Source: Eukaryota sp. GEM-RC1 (taxonomy: Eukaryota). From it: DNA of 64,000 nucleotides. The first letter of the stretch is position 1. Each line of letters begins with the position of its first letter. The notes beneath the pieces were generated by a model. It saw only the letters and a program-made list of their open reading frames with translations. It was not told the origin of the DNA and searched no databases. Below are positions 58,201-64,000 of this stretch, one piece after another. The translations under genes and the position numbers were made by a program. The stretch lies in assembly GCA_040285855.1 (NCBI GenBank), contig JAUFOQ010000006.1, positions 1,426,001-1,490,000 of the forward strand, read 5' to 3'.

Positions 58201-61200
58201 TGAATGGAATGACTTATTGGGATAAGAAGCCACAATGGCTTGAAAGAGAGACGTCGTTGAATTTGGAGGTTCAAAAGAGAAGAGAAGATTGTTGATTCAT
58301 TTTGAAACTTATTGAGTGTAACTTCAGAAGGATTTGATATGAAATTGACAAGTTTTAGAGCAATGCCTTCCAATCCTTTTAATTGATTATTGAGATGAGC
58401 ATTAGAATCTTCCATATCCACGAAACGTGAAACTAAAGATCTTAGTTCATTTAAATATCGCTCTAGTTTTTTCAGAAAAACTAATTTAGATAAATTCTTA
58501 AGGGCTTGATCATTAAGGGTTTGATCACGTGTTGGGACAATATCCATATTTTTAATAAATTCGCCACAGAAAAAGTAATGAACCAAGGATAATTTGAAAA
58601 ACATGTCTGAACGTACAACTTTAGATTCTTCAATAGTAGAGAGTTGTTTGAGTAAAGGAATCGATTGTGAAAAGGTATACAAATCGTAAAATGACATAAA
58701 AGTTGTTCGAGAGCAACGAATGAACGACATAGAATTGATACCCGCAAGAAGAATCAATCCAGGACACAGGTAATTGTTTGTTAAACAGAAAAATAAAAAC
58801 TTGAAGTTGTAGAATGAAATATTGGCATTGGTGCAAATCTTTCCGAGATAAGTAAGGGGAGAATTTAGTTGGTTTTTTGAAAGAACATTAGTGCGGAAAA
58901 GAACATCAACCGAAGATATGATGTTGTCGCTAGAAGGAACATCAGGCAGTTGACTGATAAAAAATTCAGGGGGATTTGGACGATTACTGATTAAAAATTG
59001 AGGATTTTCAGCAATCTGTTTGATTGTTAACAATGGCTCAATCAACGAACAATTTAGAATTTCTGGTTCGTCGTAATGCAATCTCGAAGTTCCATTCGGA
59101 TATAAGTTTGTCTGCACAAGACGTAACGAAAGTCCAGGAGAATTTCTTCCAGCACGACCAGAGCGCTGGTCCAAAGAAGCAATGGAGCAATGATGAGTGT
59201 CGAGAAGGTCATCTGCATCAGTTTGCTTTGACAAACCACAGTCAATGACAAATTTGACCCCATCAATAGTCAATGAAGATTCTGCTATATTGGTAGCAAT
59301 GACAATTTTAAATTGTTTTCTCGCTGGTTCAGCCACAGCTGCATCTTGTTGGACTGAATCCAGACTTGAATACAACGGATACACACCTGGCTTCTCAGAA
59401 GAAGCTGGGATGTATAGACCACCAGATCCACTTTTTTCTGACTCTCATACTCATTCTCAATAATATTACTGAGAGTTGTAATTTCTGGACTTCCAGGAAG
59501 AAACACGAGCAAAGTAAATCCTGCACATTCTGGTTCAAACTGAAAAAGTTTCTGAGACAGGGAGTAATAACAGAGACATAGTCGGGCTAACGCTCTGAAA
59601 TTGATACTTTTATATGAAAGAGGATTACAGTTTTGAGTGAAATAGTCGTAGTATAAGTTCACATTTAAGACAAAATAAGTGTAAATATCAATAAAATGAT
59701 CATTGAAAACCTGTTGAAGTGTAGGTTCAAAAATCGGAGTTATCACAAGTTTTGATATTAACGGACCATAATGAAATTCATTTTGACGAACAAAATTCAC
59801 ATCAAGGACAATCAGTGGATTGGTTCTTCCAGCTGCATGGATAGTATAGGAGGGTTCGGTATCTAAATAATTTCCTTGTGTAAGGTAATTAAAACAAGGA
59901 TTAGGTTTGTCCATAGTTGCCGAACAGATTACCACTCTCAATTTTGAATCAGTTTGGGAAATTATTCTCATTTGTGCTAATAAAATGTCAATGTCACATT
60001 TTCTTTCATGAACTTCATCCACCATGATAGTTGCAAATCGAGACAGATTGCTATTGTTTGTCAGAAATTTAGAAGTGAAGGCAGCGGTTTGAACTTCGAT
60101 AAATCTTGGAGAATGTACTGGAATGTTCGTATTCTTGTTGCCTGTTCGGTATCCAGACAGAGGAAAATCACTATCACATAAATCATTGATAAAATTGGAG
60201 AGTTTTGTGGCTGGTAGAACTCTAGGTTGACACACAATGATTGGTTTCAAAGTAACCATAACCACAACAACACCAGTTAAGACAGATTTCCCGGAACCTG
60301 TTTGACCAGAAACAATAAACGGAATAATATTGTTGTCTTTGACATGATTTTGACCAACAACACGAAACAATTGATAAAAAGTGTCTTTTCCTTCATTAAC
60401 AAATGCAATACGGCAGTTACGTGCTTTTGAAATCAACTGAAAGCAAGAAAACACCAAGTGGAAGTAGGCGTCATTACTGTCAACAGTATGATTCCACTGT
60501 TCATTTAGTGTCAAAATTTCAAGAATTTGTGTTAGTAAATCACTTTCGCGGACATAAGATTTCAAATGTGCTAATTTAGAGCTTACTTTAGGAAAATCAA
60601 TTGATGTAAATGTACACGTTGGTTCCTCTGGTGAAGTCACAGTGCTTGGGAAATTGTAAACATAGCGGGGAGGTCGTCTCCATTGAAGATAATGATCTAA
60701 CAACATCTTGTAATCACTATGATTTGACGCCAACCATGACAATGAGACTAAGTATTCCATTGCCTGGAAACAGAAAGACATTAAAGAGAGATCTTTTTTT
60801 TCTTTTTTTGTTCATAATGGTAATGGGCACAAAATGACAGTTGGAACATGAGCATACTCATAGTTTCAATTTTGTTTTCGAAAAAATCTTGATATACAGT
60901 AAACTGATGTCGGTAAACTTCTTTCCGTTGTACAACTTGTTTAGTTTCAGGGTCTTTAATTTCGACAATGCGGCTTTCTTCATCTGTATCCACAAAAGTA
61001 TAGTGCTCGAGAAAATGACAAAAGTTAAAAAATCTTGAAAGTAATTGAGAAGTGTAGGACGAATCTCTGATATTATTAAAATCATCCCACATAATACTAA
61101 GAGAAGTTTGATTATATAGATCATCAAATCCGTCATCATTTAAAGGATCGTCTGTAGGATCGTCAGTATGTTCAAAATCAGAATCTTTGACATCAACATC

Positions 61201-62808
61201 AGGTTTTTTGGGGGCTTCTTTTTCAATTAATTCAATAACATGAGCAATATCAAAGATTAACATTTTGAGTTTATAACCAGCTTTTGACTTTGCAAACTTT
61301 TCAATAACTTTTTGGTTTTCTTTGTACATTTCCAAAGTAAAATGATTATTCGTACGATCATACACTTGAAGGTTGAGTTTCTTCTCCTCCACAACAAATT
61401 GCAGATGGAGCATTGTTAATAAAATGTCCAGCATAACCTCAGGACGTACCAAAACTTTAGGGTTGATATTTTGATACAAGGATGTGATACTTAATGAAAC
61501 ATCACTAAGTCTAAAAGTTTGGAAGGGACAATCATTATAACTGTGACCAGGAAGAAGGCAGAAGAGACATGGAGCAATAAAAATGCAAAACGATTCACGA
61601 AAAGAAGGTTGTTTTTGAGGACAATGGGGAGGCATCTCATATTTGAATCCAAGAGGCTTAATCGGTAAACTCACAGTAGATTCTCGATTAGGGTCACACA
61701 ATTGCAACCAATATTTATGGAGGGATTCCAACGCTCCATCATAATTGAGCAAGTAATGATTAGCATCTTGTTGACATTCAATCAACTCCGATTCATAGTG
61801 TTTGGCCATGATGTAATTTTCAATTCTCCAATTACTTGGCGTGTCGCCAGGTTTGCAACACTCTTGCATAATTTGGGCCAGGAACGAGCGTCGTGATTCA
61901 TTGTCTGGATTGGGAATGTGATCTGGAGCGAGATCAGTTAAGTTTTCGGATTCATCTATAAAAACATGATTCATACATGAACAAACTTGGAAACCAGGTG
62001 TTCTTCCAGATCTTAGCACTGGATAAGCAAAAGTTTCATGTGGAATACGGCAGTAACGATGCAATATGCCCATGTGGTATTTAGTTCTTTGATTATGTTT
62101 CTTTTGTTTTAGCTGAGTTTCTTCTGTTGGCGGTTCTTCTGTTAGAGTTTCTTCTGTTGGCAATTCTTGTGTTGGCGGTTCTTGTGTTGGCGGTTCTTCT
62201 GTTGGCGGTTCTGGCAGAGATGGAGGAGGCGATGGTGACACAGAAGTTCTTCTGGGTCTCTTTACTTCTGGGGATGGTAAACGATCATGGGGACCTGGAT
62301 TCTGCTCAACGTCTCCATCGATAGAGAGATCACGCTTCCATGATGTGGACGAGAGGATAGAGCACAGAATAAGCGGAGACGACATCGGGAAGCACGTATC
62401 CACACATTTCTTCAACCCACCATCCATATCCCGTGACCGTGCTATGGAAACAGTGTTTGGGTGATGTGATGAAGCAATGGCGGATGTGGACGAGAGGATA
62501 GAGCACAGAATAAGCGGAGACGACATCGGGAAGCACGTATCCACACATTTCTTCAACCCACCATCCATATCCCGTGACCGTGCTATGGAAACAGTTTTTG
62601 GGTGATGTGATGAAGCAATGGCGGATGTGGACGAGAGGATAGAGCACAGAATAAGCGGAGACGACATCGGGAAGCACGTATCCACACATTTCTTCAACCC
62701 ACCATCCATATCCCGTGACCGTGCTATGGAAACAGTGTTTGGGTGATGTGATGAAGCAATGCCGGATGTGGACGAGGCGAGGGGTGTTAGCAGTATAATA
62801 GAAGTCAT
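55232..62808 (-). CDS. Polyprotein 2 (~2,500 aa after indel repair): repeat leader - 2A - Pro-rich - CCHC knuckle - DEAH helicase - unknown - degenerate RecA-like helicase domain
   Basis: Abutting ORFs 60781..62808, 59285..60781, 58194..59384, 56341..58233, 55892..56347 and 55232..55528 on one strand with little or no intergenic space; joining them into one gene is inferred. Confidence 0.65.
58900..60330 (-). CDS. DEAH/RHA-family RNA helicase core within polyprotein 2
   Basis: Motifs I GQTGSGKS, Ia CQPR, II DEVHER, III SAT, IV LVFLPG, V ATNIAESSLTIDGVKFVIDCG and VI QRSGRAGR; one frameshift at the run near 59431-59437. Confidence 0.92.
62115..62212 (-). repeat. 15-bp coding minisatellite (EEPPT/QEPPT) just after 2A peptide 2
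   Basis: EPPTEEPPTQEPPTQELPTEETLTEEPPTEE. Confidence 0.85.
62290..62340 (-). other. 2A/StopGo ribosomal skipping peptide 2
   Basis: WKRDLSIDGDVEQNPG|P matches the D(V/I)ExNPG|P consensus. Confidence 0.92.
62342..62776 (-). repeat. Tandem array of 141-bp units (3 copies plus 12 nt) in the leader of polyprotein 2
   Basis: Units start (+ strand) at 62342, 62483, 62624 and 62765; copies are nearly identical; 47 codons each, frame preserved. Confidence 0.95.
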
Positions 62809-62958
62809 TGGAGTGGGAAAATTATGGAGCTGTAAACAACTATACTGTACTGATAGAACAAGGAATTCTCATGTCTTCACAACTACATTTACAAGGATCG
62901 CTTTGTGTACACTTTTATTTTCTCTTTGATACATGTAGAACAATTTATTACTATGCGT

Positions 62959-64000
62959 TTATTCTAAATATTGATGTTGATAAAGTAAAACATAGCCATT
63001 TAAAGAAATCTCAGTTAATACTGTCTGTTCGTCTACACCTTTCTTGCAATCACTATTGGTATCATGTAACCACCAAGAACCTTCTTTTTCCTTTGCATAT
63101 GTCACACAGTGACCGTCAGCAAGGGAATCATAATGACAGATCGCAGACAGCAGTCTGTATGTGTATTTTTCTTCAACACTACTTTTGGTCTTGGTTGACA
63201 CTTTGGCGGTTGAGGTTCGACTGGTACTTCATTCCCAATCACTACCTCTAACAAAATGCTGACTCCCACAATTTCTTTCATTTTCATTAGAAATGTCAAA
63301 GACAGACAATTCTTCTGATGTTGGATAATGAGACAATGTGTAAATGTCCTTAAGTGGCAGTTGTGAGTTGATTTCATTGGTAGGGGAAAACTCAATCGAT
63401 TCTGAACCCAATTGTGCTTCAGAAGACAGGAATAGATAGAGTGATAGATTTGAAGAAATAATAACTGGTTGAGGATGTCCAGTCAGTCTAATGATAAGAG
63501 CTTTTGGAAGAGAAGCAAAAGTTTCAGTAATTTCTGATTTTTGTTCAGGACAAGTAGCACAAATTTTTTCTTTTCGAAAAGGTAGATGAGCTTGCAACAA
63601 TGATTCGAGATCGGTTGGTCTAGAAGGATACCGCCTTTGGATACTTTCCTTGTTAATTTCCAAGGCGAAGTGAATGTTAGATGTTGGATCAGTCCCACAC
63701 CAAGAACATTTTGTTGTTGTTTTAATACAGAAACAAAATGCATTAACAGCACAAGAATGCTTTAATTTTTGAGTTATCAACAATTGATCTAAATCTTGCT
63801 GAAGTGATGATTTGACATCTAACTGAGTCTGAACTTTTTTTGGTGATGGTTTCTCATCTAAATCATATCCATAATATTGGAAGTCTGTAGTATCAGTTTC
63901 TTCTGATTCAGACTGTGGTTCAAATTTTTGACAAAAGAGTGTAATTCATCATTTGATGAAGATGGCAAGGTGGTGCGGAATTCCTTGTCAAGTGTTTTTA
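62959..64000 (-). CDS. Ubiquitin-specific protease (USP/C19), C-terminal part; broken by indels and probably starting beyond the window
   Basis: CSWC and CATC zinc pairs, FASLPKALIIRL, His box LSAICHYDSLADGHCVTYAK..GSWWLHD and the terminal GYVLLY box. Cys box not seen. Confidence 0.75.

Noticed and set aside
47200..64000. Assignment of the accessory block to Helitron, Polinton or NCLDV
   Set aside because: No HUH Rep/PIF1, protein-primed PolB, integrase, packaging ATPase or capsid motifs were recognised in the window, so the class is left open.

Overview
AT-rich, gene-dense, almost intron-less eukaryotic (protist) DNA. The one intron found is 32 nt with a fused branch point/3' splice site, which suggests a metamonad-like lineage (inference). 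Many genes, including housekeeping ones such as cullin, are split by single-base indels in homopolymer runs, so most frameshifts are probably long-read assembly errors. Positions 1-46 kb hold host genes: MAPK, Frag1/DRAM, a Cys-rich secreted precursor, an RNB protein, LRR proteins, a kelch-PPP phosphatase, WIP/verprolin, cullin, RBM42, an ARFRP1-like GTPase, an alpha-kinase, a kelch protein, Skp1, a TmcB-like membrane protein and two tRNAs. These are interspersed with MULE, hAT, LTR and RLE-type non-LTR elements. From about 47.2 kb to the window end lies a distinct accessory block that looks like a giant transposon or endogenous virus. It encodes two long minus-strand polyproteins built on the same plan: ATG, an in-frame tandem array of 138- or 141-nt hairpin units sharing a conserved 25-nt core, a 2A/StopGo peptide (DxExNPGP), then cargo. 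Cargo 1 is a Ulp1/SENP8-like protease, a degenerate PolB 3'-5' exonuclease, a Fanzor1 RNA-guided nuclease with an intact RuvC triad, and a zinc knuckle, followed by a candidate omegaRNA. Cargo 2 is a zinc knuckle, a DEAH RNA helicase, unknown domains and a degenerate RecA-like helicase domain. The block also carries a second Ulp1 protease and a USP deubiquitinase. No database searches or folding computations were run.
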